Source of the DNA: an uncultured Clostridium sp.
GTDB taxonomy: Bacteria; Bacillota; Clostridia; TANB77; CAG-508
Direction: 5' to 3'
Length of the DNA: 64,000 bases
Assembly (NCBI GenBank): GCA_900556975.1
Contig: USQZ01000001.1
Location: 3,197 to 67,196, forward strand
Positions within the stretch are counted from its first letter, which is position 1. Each line of letters begins with the position of its first letter. The notes beneath the pieces were generated by a model. The model was not told where the DNA came from, made no database searches, and worked only from the letters and a program-made list of their open reading frames with translations. The translations under genes were made by a program, and so were the position numbers. Below are positions 28,173 through 38,302 of the stretch, piece by piece.

Positions 28173-28868
28173 ATGTATAAAAGAGTTCTTTTAAAATTAA
28201 GTGGTGAAGCTATGGCAGGAGAACAAAAAACAGGAATTAATGCAAATGTAGTAGACGATATTTGTTCAAAGGTTGTAAAACTTGTTGAAATGGGAATACA
28301 AGTTGGTATCGTTACAGGAGGAGGTAATTTCTGGAGAGGAAAAAATGGCTATAAAATGGAAAGAGTTACTTCTGATTATATGGGAATGCTTGCTACGATT
28401 ATGAATTCTTTGGCTATAAAAGATGCTTTAGAATCAAAAGGTGTAAAGGCTGTTGTACAAACATCAATGACTATGGTTCAAGTTGCAGATACTTTTACAA
28501 AAAGAGATGCGGAAAAATGTTTTAATGAAGGAGCTGTTGTTATTTTTGGAGGAGGAACAGGACTTCCATACTTTTCAACTGATTCAGCTGCTGCATTAAG
28601 AGCTGCTGAAATAGGTGCAGATGTAATTCTTGTTGCTAAAACAATTGATGGAGTTTATTCAGCAGATCCAAAAGTTGATCCTAATGCTATCAAATATACA
28701 GAAATTACATATGATGAAGTTTTAAATAAAGATTTAAAAGTTATGGATGCTTCAGCTATTGCTGTTTGTAGAGATAACAATATTCCTTTATTTGTTTTTG
28801 CCCTACAAGATACTGAAAATATTGTAAGAGCTGCAAAAGGTGAAAATATAGGAACAATAGTAAAATAA
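28173..28868 (+). CDS. pyrH: UMP kinase
   Basis: YKRVLLKLSGEAMAG, GGGNFWRG and FGGGTGLPYFSTDSAAALRAAEIGAD. Confidence 0.95.
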   Translation: MYKRVLLKLSGEAMAGEQKTGINANVVDDICSKVVKLVEMGIQVGIVTGGGNFWRGKNGYKMERVTSDYMGMLATIMNSLAIKDALESKGVKAVVQTSMTMVQVADTFTKRDAEKCFNEGAVVIFGGGTGLPYFSTDSAAALRAAEIGADVILVAKTIDGVYSADPKVDPNAIKYTEITYDEVLNKDLKVMDASAIAVCRDNNIPLFVFALQDTENIVRAAKGENIGTIVK

Positions 28869-28883
28869 AAGGAGAGAAAAAAT

Positions 28884-29432
28884 ATGGAATTTGACAAATT
28901 AGAAGAGAGAATGAATAAAACATTAAGTGTTTTAGAAGAAAATTTTTCAGAAATAAGAGCTGGTAGAGCTAATCCAGCAATACTAAATAAAATTACAGTA
29001 GAGTACTATGGTGTTCCTACACCAATAAATCAAGTTGCTGGAATTTCAGTTCCAGAAGCTAGATTAATTGTTATTCAACCTTGGGATGTTAGTGTTTTAA
29101 AAGAAATTGAAAGAGCTATTCTTGCATCAGATATAGGTTTAAATCCAAATAATGATGGTAAAGTAATTCGTTTATCTTTCCCAGAATTAACAGAAGAAAG
29201 AAGAAAAGAGTTAGTTAAAGATATTAAGAAAATTGCTGAAGAATCAAAGGTTGCAATAAGAGCAATAAGAAGAGATGGAATTGATGAAGCAAAAGCTATG
29301 GAGAAAGAATCTTTAATGACGGAAGATGAATTAAAGAAAGCTGAAGATCAAATTCAAAAATTAACAGATAAGAAAATTGCTGAAATAGACGTTATTACAG
29401 AAAAGAAAGAAAAAGAAATAATGTCAATCTAA
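28884..29432 (+). CDS. frr: ribosome recycling factor
   Basis: 182 aa, with [20 protein letters not shown] and [16 protein letters not shown]. Confidence 0.95.
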   Translation: MEFDKLEERMNKTLSVLEENFSEIRAGRANPAILNKITVEYYGVPTPINQVAGISVPEARLIVIQPWDVSVLKEIERAILASDIGLNPNNDGKVIRLSFPELTEERRKELVKDIKKIAEESKVAIRAIRRDGIDEAKAMEKESLMTEDELKKAEDQIQKLTDKKIAEIDVITEKKEKEIMSI

Positions 29433-29435
29433 TTT

Positions 29436-30164
29436 TTGAAGGGAATGAATATTATAATGGAAGAAAATAATATACCTACTCATGTGGCTATTATTATGGA
29501 TGGCAATAGAAGATGGGCAAGGAAAAGAAATATCGATTATAGATTAGGACATAAAGAGGGTGCTAAAACTTTAGAGAAGATTGTAAGATATGCTAAAAAA
29601 GCTGGAATAAAATATATTACTGTATATGCTTTTTCTACAGAAAATTGGAAAAGAACTAGTGAAGAAGTAAGTGCATTAATGTTGCTTTTGAAAACATATC
29701 TTGATGATTATGGAAAAAGAGCTGATACAGAAAATATAAAAGTTAAAGTTTTAGGTGATATATCAGCATTAACACCTGGTTTACAAAAAAGCATAAAGAA
29801 ATGTGAAGAAAGAACAAAAGATAATGATGGAATTTATTTTTCTATTTGTATTAATTATGGTGGTAGAGATGAAATAGTGCATGCTGTAAAAAATATTGCA
29901 CAAGATGTTAAAGATGGAAAAATAGAAATAGATGACATTAATGAAGAGTTAATGAATAATTATTTATATACAAAAGAAATTCCAGATCCAGATTTGATTA
30001 TTAGGACTAGCGGTGAATTGAGAACAAGTGGTTTTCTAACATGGCAATCTGTTTATTCTGAGTATTTGTTTATGGATAAATATTGGCCTGATTTTTCAGA
30101 AGATGATATTGATTTTGCAATAAAAGAATATCAAAAGAGAAATAGAAAGTTTGGAGCAAAATAA
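29436..30164 (+). CDS. uppS: isoprenyl transferase (undecaprenyl diphosphate synthase)
   Basis: HVAIIMDGNRRWA, YAFSTENWKR and IRTSGELRTSGFLTWQSVYSE. The start is uncertain (TTG 29436, ATG 29445 or ATG 29457). Confidence 0.9.
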   Translation: MKGMNIIMEENNIPTHVAIIMDGNRRWARKRNIDYRLGHKEGAKTLEKIVRYAKKAGIKYITVYAFSTENWKRTSEEVSALMLLLKTYLDDYGKRADTENIKVKVLGDISALTPGLQKSIKKCEERTKDNDGIYFSICINYGGRDEIVHAVKNIAQDVKDGKIEIDDINEELMNNYLYTKEIPDPDLIIRTSGELRTSGFLTWQSVYSEYLFMDKYWPDFSEDDIDFAIKEYQKRNRKFGAK

Positions 30165-30183
30165 TTTAAATAGGAGAAATAAT

Positions 30184-31002
30184 ATGATTAAAAGATCCTT
30201 GACTACAATTATCGGATTACCTGCAGTTTTGGTAATTTTGATTTTTGGTAATAAATATATATTAGATGTTATTATGGCAATTTTAGCTATTATGGGAATA
30301 TACGAATATATGAAGTGTGTTGCTCATAAATTTAATCCTGTTTACTGGATAGGATATGTGGCAGCAGCGAGTATTGCACTATTACATATTATTCCAAGCA
30401 ATTATCTAATTGAATATTTGCCAATAGTGATACTTTCATTGATAGCAGTTTTGTTTATGCATGTTGTTTTTACCGATATGAAAACTAATGCAGCAGATAT
30501 TGCTATAACCTTATTTGGAATTTTATATATCGTTGGATTTTTCTCATTTGTAGCTTTATTATATGGATATGAAAGTAATGGTAGAAGCCTAGGAAAATTC
30601 TATATTGCATATTTATTTTTAGCAACTTGGGGAAGTGATATTTTTGCATATTTAGTAGGTGTTAAGTTTGGAAAACACAGATTTAGTAAGATAAGTCCAA
30701 AGAAATCTATTGAAGGTTGTATTGCTGGAACAGTTAGTGGTGTGCTTTTAGTTGTTCTTGCTACTGTAATATTTAATAATTTCTTTGATTTCAATGTAAA
30801 TTATTTATTAATAACTATTATAGGATTGATTATTACAGTTCTAGGACAAATAGGTGATTTCTCAGCATCTTGCATAAAAAGATATGCAGAGGTTAAAGAT
30901 TTTTCTAATTTATTGCCTGGACATGGTGGAATTATAGATAGATTCGATAGTGTTATTTTTGCAGCACCATTTGCGTATTATTTAATAACATTATTAATTT
31001 AG
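30184..31002 (+). CDS. cdsA: phosphatidate cytidylyltransferase
   Basis: Multi-TM protein with KRYAEVKDFSNLLPGHGGIIDRFDS. SD TAGGAG lies before the ATG at 30184. Confidence 0.9.
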   Translation: MIKRSLTTIIGLPAVLVILIFGNKYILDVIMAILAIMGIYEYMKCVAHKFNPVYWIGYVAAASIALLHIIPSNYLIEYLPIVILSLIAVLFMHVVFTDMKTNAADIAITLFGILYIVGFFSFVALLYGYESNGRSLGKFYIAYLFLATWGSDIFAYLVGVKFGKHRFSKISPKKSIEGCIAGTVSGVLLVVLATVIFNNFFDFNVNYLLITIIGLIITVLGQIGDFSASCIKRYAEVKDFSNLLPGHGGIIDRFDSVIFAAPFAYYLITLLI

Positions 31003-31012
31003 GAGGCGCTAA

Positions 31013-32269
31013 TTGCTTACATTTTTATTAAATACAATAAAAATTATATTTGTACTAGGTTTTCTTGTTTTGATTCATGAAGGTGGTCATTTCTTAGTTG
31101 CAAAATTTTTTAAGGTTAAAGTAAATGAATTTTCTATTGGATTTGGTAAACAACTTTTTTCTAAAAAGAAAGGTGAGACTGTATATTCAATTAGAATGAT
31201 ACCGTTGGGTGGTTTTGTAAGTATGCTTGGTGAAGAGGAGAGGTCTGATGATGAAAGATCTTTCTCAAAACAATCAATTCCTAAAAGGATTGCTATTGTT
31301 GCAGCAGGTGGACTTGTAAATATTGCTTTTGGTATATTAATTTATTTTCTTGTTATGTTTTCAATTGGAAATTTTGCTTCTAAAAATATAGATACTGTTA
31401 GTGATGGATATGATGCAAAACAAGTGGGAATATTACCAGGTGATGAAATTGTTTCAATAAATGATAAACATGTTTTTATTACTAAGGATATTACAACACT
31501 TTTATCTAAAAATGCTTCTAATCCATTGAAAGTGAAGGTAAAAAGAGATAATGATGTTAAAGAATTTACAGTAAATCCAACTGAAATTAAAACAAGAACA
31601 TTAGGAGTTTATTTAGATACGGAAAGTGAAAATAGTACTAAAATTTCTTATATGTTTGATAAATCACCTGTAAAAAATATATTACAAGTTGGTGATATCA
31701 TATTAGAAATAAATGGTGAGAATGTAGAAAATGATTATGAAAAATTAACTAGCGTTTTGAATAAGACTGAGGGTGAAGTTTCTATTAAAATAAAAAGAGG
31801 AGAAAGTGAAGAAACAGTTAATATTACTCCTCAAGATTATTTTAATTATTATTTAGGTGTTACTTTTAAAGTTGCAGATAAGAAATTTTCAACAAGACTT
31901 TATTATGCATGGTTTGAAACAGGAAATTTTGTTATATCATTAGCTGATAATGTTAAAACTATGTTTACAGGTGGAGTGTCTGTTGACCAAATGATGGGAC
32001 CAATCGGAATTTCTAAAACAGTTGCATCTACTAAGGGATTAGCTGATTTTATATATTTGATGGCATTGATTTCACTATCATTAGGTATAACAAACTTGTT
32101 ACCATTTCCAGCACTTGATGGTGGAAAAATATTGATTCTTTTAATTGAAGCAATTAGAAGGAAGCCACTTAAGGAAAGTGTTGAAATTGGAATTCAGATG
32201 GTAGGATTTTCATTATTAATATTGTTATCAATTTATATTTCATATTTTGATATATTACGATTTTTTTAG
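31013..32269 (+). CDS. rseP: RIP metalloprotease RseP/RasP family (M50) with PDZ domains
   Basis: HEGGHF zinc motif, a second motif NLLPFPALDGG, and a TTG start after AGGAGG. Confidence 0.9.
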   Translation: MLTFLLNTIKIIFVLGFLVLIHEGGHFLVAKFFKVKVNEFSIGFGKQLFSKKKGETVYSIRMIPLGGFVSMLGEEERSDDERSFSKQSIPKRIAIVAAGGLVNIAFGILIYFLVMFSIGNFASKNIDTVSDGYDAKQVGILPGDEIVSINDKHVFITKDITTLLSKNASNPLKVKVKRDNDVKEFTVNPTEIKTRTLGVYLDTESENSTKISYMFDKSPVKNILQVGDIILEINGENVENDYEKLTSVLNKTEGEVSIKIKRGESEETVNITPQDYFNYYLGVTFKVADKKFSTRLYYAWFETGNFVISLADNVKTMFTGGVSVDQMMGPIGISKTVASTKGLADFIYLMALISLSLGITNLLPFPALDGGKILILLIEAIRRKPLKESVEIGIQMVGFSLLILLSIYISYFDILRFF

Positions 32270-32326
32270 AATTAAAAATATTAGAGCTTTATATTAACAT
32301 TTGTTGTAGAAAGGAATGAAGTAATA

Positions 32327-32881
32327 ATGAAGTGTAGAGTATGTGGGGCAGAGTTAAAAAAGGATGGAGAATTGTGTAATAATTGCTTAAATAGGCTTCA
32401 ACAAGAAGAGAAAATTAGAGGTGATAAAACGCCAGTTTATGGATTTAAGAGTACTTTTATTTTAGGCTACGAAATTTTAAGACATTGTGAACAAATAGGT
32501 ATTGTAATTTTTATGATTGCTTTAATATTGTCAGTAGATTTATCATATTGGAAGTATGCTGTTATAATAGGATGTGCGTTTGCAATATTTGGAATTTTAT
32601 ATTTATTTTATGATAAATTTTCAATTAATTCTGTTTCATGTACAATTTACAGAACTAAATTGATATATACAACTGGAAGAATAAGAAAGAAAGTTAAGGT
32701 TATACCATTTTCTGAAATTGAAGAAATTTTTTATAATCAAGGAAATGCTCAAAAGTTATTTAATGTTGGTACAATTCTTATAAAAAGAAAAACTATGAAT
32801 ATTTTTGAGAGAAATATTTTTATAGAATCAGTAAAAAATGTTGAAGATGTTTTTGGAAAGATAAAGGAAGTTTTTAAATAA
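32327..32881 (+). CDS. zinc-ribbon plus 2-TM plus bacterial PH (bPH_2/YdbT-like) domain membrane protein
   Basis: N-terminal CRVCGAEL...CNNC. Two hydrophobic helices. C-terminal IPFSEIEEIFYNQGNAQKLFNVGTILIK is bPH-like. Confidence 0.6.
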   Translation: MKCRVCGAELKKDGELCNNCLNRLQQEEKIRGDKTPVYGFKSTFILGYEILRHCEQIGIVIFMIALILSVDLSYWKYAVIIGCAFAIFGILYLFYDKFSINSVSCTIYRTKLIYTTGRIRKKVKVIPFSEIEEIFYNQGNAQKLFNVGTILIKRKTMNIFERNIFIESVKNVEDVFGKIKEVFK

Positions 32882-32895
32882 GGTAGGCGTAATAA

Positions 32896-35800
32896 ATGCA
32901 GAAGGTTAAAGATATATTTAGTGATTATTCAAATAGACAAGATAATATATGTGAGGCTGATTTTTTGAAAGCAAACTTGTATAAGAAAAGTAATAGGCTA
33001 GAAGTATGTTTAACAAGTTCAAATAAAATTTCTATAGGTGAAGTTTCTAATTTTGAAGATTATATCGTAGATAGATTTAAGGTTGGAAGCGCTAGAATTG
33101 AGATTCAATATCAAGATATTGATGTTGAGCCAACTATTGAAAATGATTGGCAAAATCTTGTTACATATATGTCAAGAAAAGAGCCAATGACAAGAGCTAT
33201 ACTTAGAAACAGTACTGTTAATATTGAAGACAGTACTGTTTGTGTTGATTTAAAAATTAAAGGTGCTGATTTTTTGTGCTCAAAGAAATTTGATAAAGGA
33301 TTAGAGCACCTTATTTATAATTTGTATAATAAAAGATTTAAAGTTAATTTTCAAGAAGATCCTCAGAAGAGTAAAGAGGAATATGATAAATATTTGAAAG
33401 CTCAGGAACATGAAGCTATTATGCACTTACAAGAGATGGCAAGAAAAGAGGCTGAGGAAAAGGCAAATGCTCCTGTAGTTTCTGTTTCACCTGAGGGAGA
33501 AGTTTCAACAGAAGAGAAACATATTGATGTTGAACAATCTAACGGATTGATTATTGGAAAAGTATCTACTTTCAGAAGTAAATTTGCTTCTATTTCAGAT
33601 ATAAATGATAGTACAACAAAGGTAAATGTTGAAGGTGAAATAATAAATGTTACAACTAGAGAAATAAAAAATAATAGAACTATTATTAGTTTTAGCATTG
33701 ATGATGGGAATGCAAGTATTACTTGTAAGTCTTTTGTCGATACAAATTTAGTTCAAGGAATATTAGAGCATTTAAAAGAAGGACAAGGCGTAAAGGTTGA
33801 CGGAAATGCTAAGTTTGATGATTATGCAAATGAAATAACAATAATGGCTAATAATGTTGTTATTTCTGGTTTTAAATTGTCTGGAAAAGGTGGAGAAGCA
33901 CCTGATGCTAAAGAAGAAACAGCACAAGATGAGCAAAGTCCTCTAATTTATGGTAGAAGCCTTACAATAAAAGCTCCGAAAACAAAGATTATTGATATAA
34001 ATAATGATACAGATAGAGTGTGTTTGGAAGGTGAAGTTATAAGTACAGATACTAGAGATATAAAGGGAGATAGAACAATTTTAATGTTCAATTTATATGA
34101 TGGTACAAGTACTATGACAATGAAAGCTTTTATCGAAACTAAGAAAACTAAAGAAGTTTTAGGAAGATTGAAAAAAGCAAAAGGAATAAAGCTTGAAGGT
34201 GTGGCTAAATATGATAATTTTGCAAAAGAAATTACTGTTATGGCAAATACAATTTTAGAAACTCCTGGTGTTGCAAAGACAAAAAGAATGGATACTTCTG
34301 AGGAGAAGAGAGTAGAGTTACACATGCACACCAAAATGAGTCAAATGGATGCTGTAACTTCAGCTGAAGATCTTTTGAAAAGAGCAATTAGTTGGGGATG
34401 GAAATCTATTGCAATTACTGATCACGGTGTTGCTCAAAGTTTTCCAGAAGCACATAAATTCTTGGGAAAAACTGGTGCGGATATAAAAGTTATTTATGGG
34501 GTTGAAGTATATTTCGTACCAGATAAAGATCCAAGTGTTGTTTATCCTAGAAAGCAAGATATTGACGGAGAATATTGTGTTCTTGACTTGGAAACAACAG
34601 GTTTGTCATTCAGGACAGAAAAAATTACTGAGGTTGGAATAATAAAAATAAGAAATGGAGAGGTTGTTGACGAATTTGAATGTTTCGTAAATCCTGAAAA
34701 ACCTATTCCACAAGAAGTTGTAGAGGTTACTCATATTACAGATGATATGGTAAAAGATGCTGAAACAATTGACAAAGTTATTCCGAAGATAATTGATTTT
34801 ATAGGTGATAGTGTATTAGTTGCCCATAATGCTGACTTTGATATAGGATTTTTAAAACATAATTTTGCGGAATATGGATATAGTTTGGATAATACATATA
34901 TTGATACTTTGAGATTAGCTAAAGTTATATTCCCAGATATGAAGAGATATAAATTAGGCTTGATTGCAGATAAATTGGATATTGTTGTTGAGGTTGCTCA
35001 TCGTGCTCTTGATGATGTAAAAACTTTGGTTGCAGTATTTAATGTAATGATTCAAAAACTAAAAGAAAATGGGGCAAAAACAGTTGATGATATAGATAAT
35101 GTTATACAAGGTGATCCAGAAGCTTACAAAAAGCTTCCATCATATCATGCTATTATTTTAGCTAAAGATTATGTAGGTTTGAAGAATTTGTATAAGCTTA
35201 TATCATATTCACATTTGAATTATTTTTATAAAAAGCCTCGTATTTTAAAAAGTATGTTTGAAAAGTATAGAGAAGGATTGATTTTAGGAAGTGCTTGTGA
35301 GGCTGGTGAATTGTATAGAGCAATTGTTGCGGGTAGACCAGAAGAAGAGATAGAAGCTATTGCTAAATATTATGATTATCTTGAAATTCAACCAATTGGA
35401 AACAATGAGTACATGGTTAGAAATGGAACTGTTGCAGATGATTTCGAACTTCAAAATATAAATAGAAAAATTGTAGAATTAGGTGAAAAATTAAATAAAT
35501 TAGTTGTCGCAACTTGTGATGTTCATTTTATGGATCCACAAGATGAGATTTATAGACGTATATTACAAGCTGGTCAAAAGTATGATGATGCTGATTTTCA
35601 AGCTCCATTATATTTACGTACAACACAAGAAATGCTTGATGAGTTCGCATATTTAGGTGAAGAGAAAGCATATGAAGTTGTTGTAACCAATACAAATAAA
35701 ATTGCAGATTTGTGTGATAAAATTAGTCCAATTTCTGATGAGAAATGCCCACCTCATATTGAAGGATGTGAGCAAACAATTAAAGATATTGCATATGGTA

Positions 35801-37632
35801 AAGCTCATGAGTTGTATGGAGATCCATTGCCAGAAATTGTGCAAAATAGATTGGATAAAGAATTAGACTCAATTATTAGAAACGGGTTCTCCGTTATGTA
35901 TATTATTGCTCAAAAGCTTGTATGGAAATCTAATGAAGATGGTTATATTGTTGGTTCCAGAGGATCTGTTGGTTCTTCGTTTGTTGCCAACATGACTGGT
36001 ATAACAGAAGTTAATTCATTACAAGCACATTATAGATGTCCAAATTGTAAATATTCAGATTTTAGTGACTATGGTGTTAAAAATGGGTTTGATTTACCTG
36101 ATAAAGATTGCCCAAAATGTGGACACAAACTTGCTAAAGATGGTATGGATATTCCATTTGAAACATTCCTTGGATTTAATGGAGATAAAGAGCCTGATAT
36201 TGACTTGAACTTTTCTGGTGAATATCAAGCAAAAGCTCATAAATATACAGAAGTAATATTTGGAAAAGGTACAACATTTAAAGCAGGTACAGTTGGTACA
36301 GTTGCTGACAAGACTGCTTTTGGTTATGTTAAAAATTATTATGAAGAACGTCATATACCTGTTACAAATGCAGAGATTGCAAGACTTTCAACAGGTTGTA
36401 CTGGAATAAAAAGAACAACAGGACAGCACCCTGGTGGTATTATAGTTGTGCCAAAGGGAAGAGAGATATTTGAATTTTGTCCCGTTCAGCATCCAGCAGA
36501 TGATCCAACATCAGATATAATAACAACGCATTTTGATTATCACTCTATTGATCAAAACTTATTGAAACTTGATATACTAGGTCATGATGATCCAACTATG
36601 ATTCGTATGCTATTTGATTTAACTGGAATAGATCCAACTAAAGTTCCACTAGATGATAAAGAAACAATGTCAATTTTTAAATCTACTGAAGCATTAGGAG
36701 TAACTCCTGAGCAGATTCATTCAGAAGTGGGAACCTTTGGTATTCCTGAGTTTGGAACCAAGTTCGTAAGAGGAATGCTTGTTGATACAAAGCCAACAAC
36801 ATTTGCTGAATTAATAAGTATTTCTGGACTATCACATGGTACAGATGTATGGTTAAATAATGCTCAAGAATTAATTGATAAAGGAATAGTAACCTTAAGT
36901 GAAGCTATTGGTTGTAGAGATGATATTATGGTTTATTTGATGAAAATGGGATTAGAGCCAAACCATGCTTTTAAAATAATGGAAACTGTTCGTAAAGGTA
37001 AAGCTTTGAAAGATCCTGCAAAATGGGCAGAATATGTTCAAATGATGAAAGATCATGATGTTCCAGATTGGTACATAAAGTCTTGTGAAAAAATAAAATA
37101 CATGTTTCCTAAGGCTCATGCTGCTGCGTATGTTACAAATGCTTTTAGAATTGCTTGGTTTAAGGTTCATCAACCAGAAGCATACTATACAGCGTTTTTC
37201 TCAATTAGAGCTGATGGTTTTGACTATGATATAATGTGTCATGGTAAAGAAAAATTGTTAAATAAAATGCGTGAAATAGATATGGCTGGTAATGCCGCTC
37301 TTCCAAAGGATAAAGATATGTATCCTGTTCTTGAGCTTGTTCTTGAGATGTATGAAAGAGGTATTAAGTTTTTGCCTGTTGATTTGTATGAGTCAGATGC
37401 TACTAAGTTTAAAATGGAGCCAGAGGGTATTAGACCTCCTTTAAATAGTGTTCCTGGCCTTGGGACTGTTGCTGCTCTTAGTATTCAAGCTGCTCGTGAG
37501 GAAGAGAAGTTTATGTGTATTGATGATTTGCAGATGAGGGGCAAGGTTGGTAAGTCTGTTATTGAGGTTCTTTCTAAAGCGGGGTGCTTGGAGGGGATGA
37601 CGCAGAGTAACCAAATGTCATTGTTCGCTTAG
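32896..37632 (+). CDS. polC: DNA polymerase III PolC-type, 1578 aa, with a tandemly duplicated N-terminal OB domain
   Basis: PHP domain (VELHMHTKMS). Exonuclease motifs (CVLDLETTGLS, HNADFDIGFL, HRALDDV). Zinc module (CPNCKY...CPKCGH). Palm and fingers regions. See findings for the OB duplication. Confidence 0.97.
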   Translation: MQKVKDIFSDYSNRQDNICEADFLKANLYKKSNRLEVCLTSSNKISIGEVSNFEDYIVDRFKVGSARIEIQYQDIDVEPTIENDWQNLVTYMSRKEPMTRAILRNSTVNIEDSTVCVDLKIKGADFLCSKKFDKGLEHLIYNLYNKRFKVNFQEDPQKSKEEYDKYLKAQEHEAIMHLQEMARKEAEEKANAPVVSVSPEGEVSTEEKHIDVEQSNGLIIGKVSTFRSKFASISDINDSTTKVNVEGEIINVTTREIKNNRTIISFSIDDGNASITCKSFVDTNLVQGILEHLKEGQGVKVDGNAKFDDYANEITIMANNVVISGFKLSGKGGEAPDAKEETAQDEQSPLIYGRSLTIKAPKTKIIDINNDTDRVCLEGEVISTDTRDIKGDRTILMFNLYDGTSTMTMKAFIETKKTKEVLGRLKKAKGIKLEGVAKYDNFAKEITVMANTILETPGVAKTKRMDTSEEKRVELHMHTKMSQMDAVTSAEDLLKRAISWGWKSIAITDHGVAQSFPEAHKFLGKTGADIKVIYGVEVYFVPDKDPSVVYPRKQDIDGEYCVLDLETTGLSFRTEKITEVGIIKIRNGEVVDEFECFVNPEKPIPQEVVEVTHITDDMVKDAETIDKVIPKIIDFIGDSVLVAHNADFDIGFLKHNFAEYGYSLDNTYIDTLRLAKVIFPDMKRYKLGLIADKLDIVVEVAHRALDDVKTLVAVFNVMIQKLKENGAKTVDDIDNVIQGDPEAYKKLPSYHAIILAKDYVGLKNLYKLISYSHLNYFYKKPRILKSMFEKYREGLILGSACEAGELYRAIVAGRPEEEIEAIAKYYDYLEIQPIGNNEYMVRNGTVADDFELQNINRKIVELGEKLNKLVVATCDVHFMDPQDEIYRRILQAGQKYDDADFQAPLYLRTTQEMLDEFAYLGEEKAYEVVVTNTNKIADLCDKISPISDEKCPPHIEGCEQTIKDIAYGKAHELYGDPLPEIVQNRLDKELDSIIRNGFSVMYIIAQKLVWKSNEDGYIVGSRGSVGSSFVANMTGITEVNSLQAHYRCPNCKYSDFSDYGVKNGFDLPDKDCPKCGHKLAKDGMDIPFETFLGFNGDKEPDIDLNFSGEYQAKAHKYTEVIFGKGTTFKAGTVGTVADKTAFGYVKNYYEERHIPVTNAEIARLSTGCTGIKRTTGQHPGGIIVVPKGREIFEFCPVQHPADDPTSDIITTHFDYHSIDQNLLKLDILGHDDPTMIRMLFDLTGIDPTKVPLDDKETMSIFKSTEALGVTPEQIHSEVGTFGIPEFGTKFVRGMLVDTKPTTFAELISISGLSHGTDVWLNNAQELIDKGIVTLSEAIGCRDDIMVYLMKMGLEPNHAFKIMETVRKGKALKDPAKWAEYVQMMKDHDVPDWYIKSCEKIKYMFPKAHAAAYVTNAFRIAWFKVHQPEAYYTAFFSIRADGFDYDIMCHGKEKLLNKMREIDMAGNAALPKDKDMYPVLELVLEMYERGIKFLPVDLYESDATKFKMEPEGIRPPLNSVPGLGTVAALSIQAAREEEKFMCIDDLQMRGKVGKSVIEVLSKAGCLEGMTQSNQMSLFA

Positions 37633-37633
37633 C

Positions 37634-37753
37634 GCTTGAAGATATTGTTCAAATACTATGTTAACGTTTAGTTTGAAAAATCCTCACGTACCTTTGTACG
37701 CTCCGGTGTTTTCAAACTAACGTTGCCTTGTATTTGAAACAATCTTTTCAAGC
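37634..37753. repeat. long imperfect inverted repeat (about 45-bp arms, 29-nt GC-richer loop)
   Basis: Left arm gcttgaagatattgttcaaatactatgttaacgtttagtttgaaaa. Right arm ttttcaaactaacgttgccttgtatttgaaacaatcttttcaagc. Confidence 0.7.
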
Positions 37754-37789
37754 CTGATGGGTTTGAAAAATGTACGGATTGATAATTTT

Positions 37790-37961
37790 AGAAACGAAAA
37801 ATACATATTAAATTTTTGAATCACCGCGCAGGGACCAAACGAGCAAAGCGAGTTCGATTGAAGCATTCTACCCGATTTAAAATAAAAATTTAATATTTTT
37901 ATTTTCAAAAATCGAAGAATGCGACAGCAAGGTGTGAAAAAATTAATATGTGTTTTTCGTT
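37790..37961. repeat. second nested inverted repeat (about 33-bp arms) enclosing a GC-richer core and an inner AT palindrome at 37874-37913
   Basis: Left arm aacgaaaaatacatattaaatttttgaatcacc. Right arm ggtgtgaaaaaattaatatgtgtttttcgtt. Inner palindrome gatttaaaataaaaat...atttttattttcaaaaatc. Confidence 0.7.
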
Positions 37962-37993
37962 ATATAAGATTATGAAAAAAGAAAGGAAAGTGT

Positions 37994-38302
37994 ATGGGAG
38001 AATACGGAATGATATTTTCATGGCAGGGGGCTGTGATTTATTTGATTGTTATAAATATGATTGGCTTTTTTGCAATGTGGATCGATAAGGTTAAGGCTAA
38101 AAGAGGTTCTTGGAGAATACCTGAAAAGACTTTGTTTACTATTACTTTTTTAGGTGGTGGTTTTGGTACGATTGCTGGGATGTATACTTTTAGACATAAG
38201 ACTAAGAAATTGTATTTTACTATAGGTTTCCCTGTTATTTTACTTACTGAAATTTTTATAGTTTTTTATGTTTTGTTTAAGTATGTTTGGAAAATAGTTT
38301 AG
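37994..38302 (+). CDS. DUF1294 family membrane protein
   Basis: The pattern WIDKVKAKRGSWRIPEKTLF...GGGFGTIAGMYTFRHKTKK is characteristic of DUF1294. The start may be 38009. Confidence 0.75.
   Translation: MGEYGMIFSWQGAVIYLIVINMIGFFAMWIDKVKAKRGSWRIPEKTLFTITFLGGGFGTIAGMYTFRHKTKKLYFTIGFPVILLTEIFIVFYVLFKYVWKIV

Noticed and set aside
37717-37908. ORF 37717-37908(-) in the polC downstream spacer
   Set aside because: It spans the arms of the nested inverted repeats and has no SD. It is better explained as a repeat or structured element.
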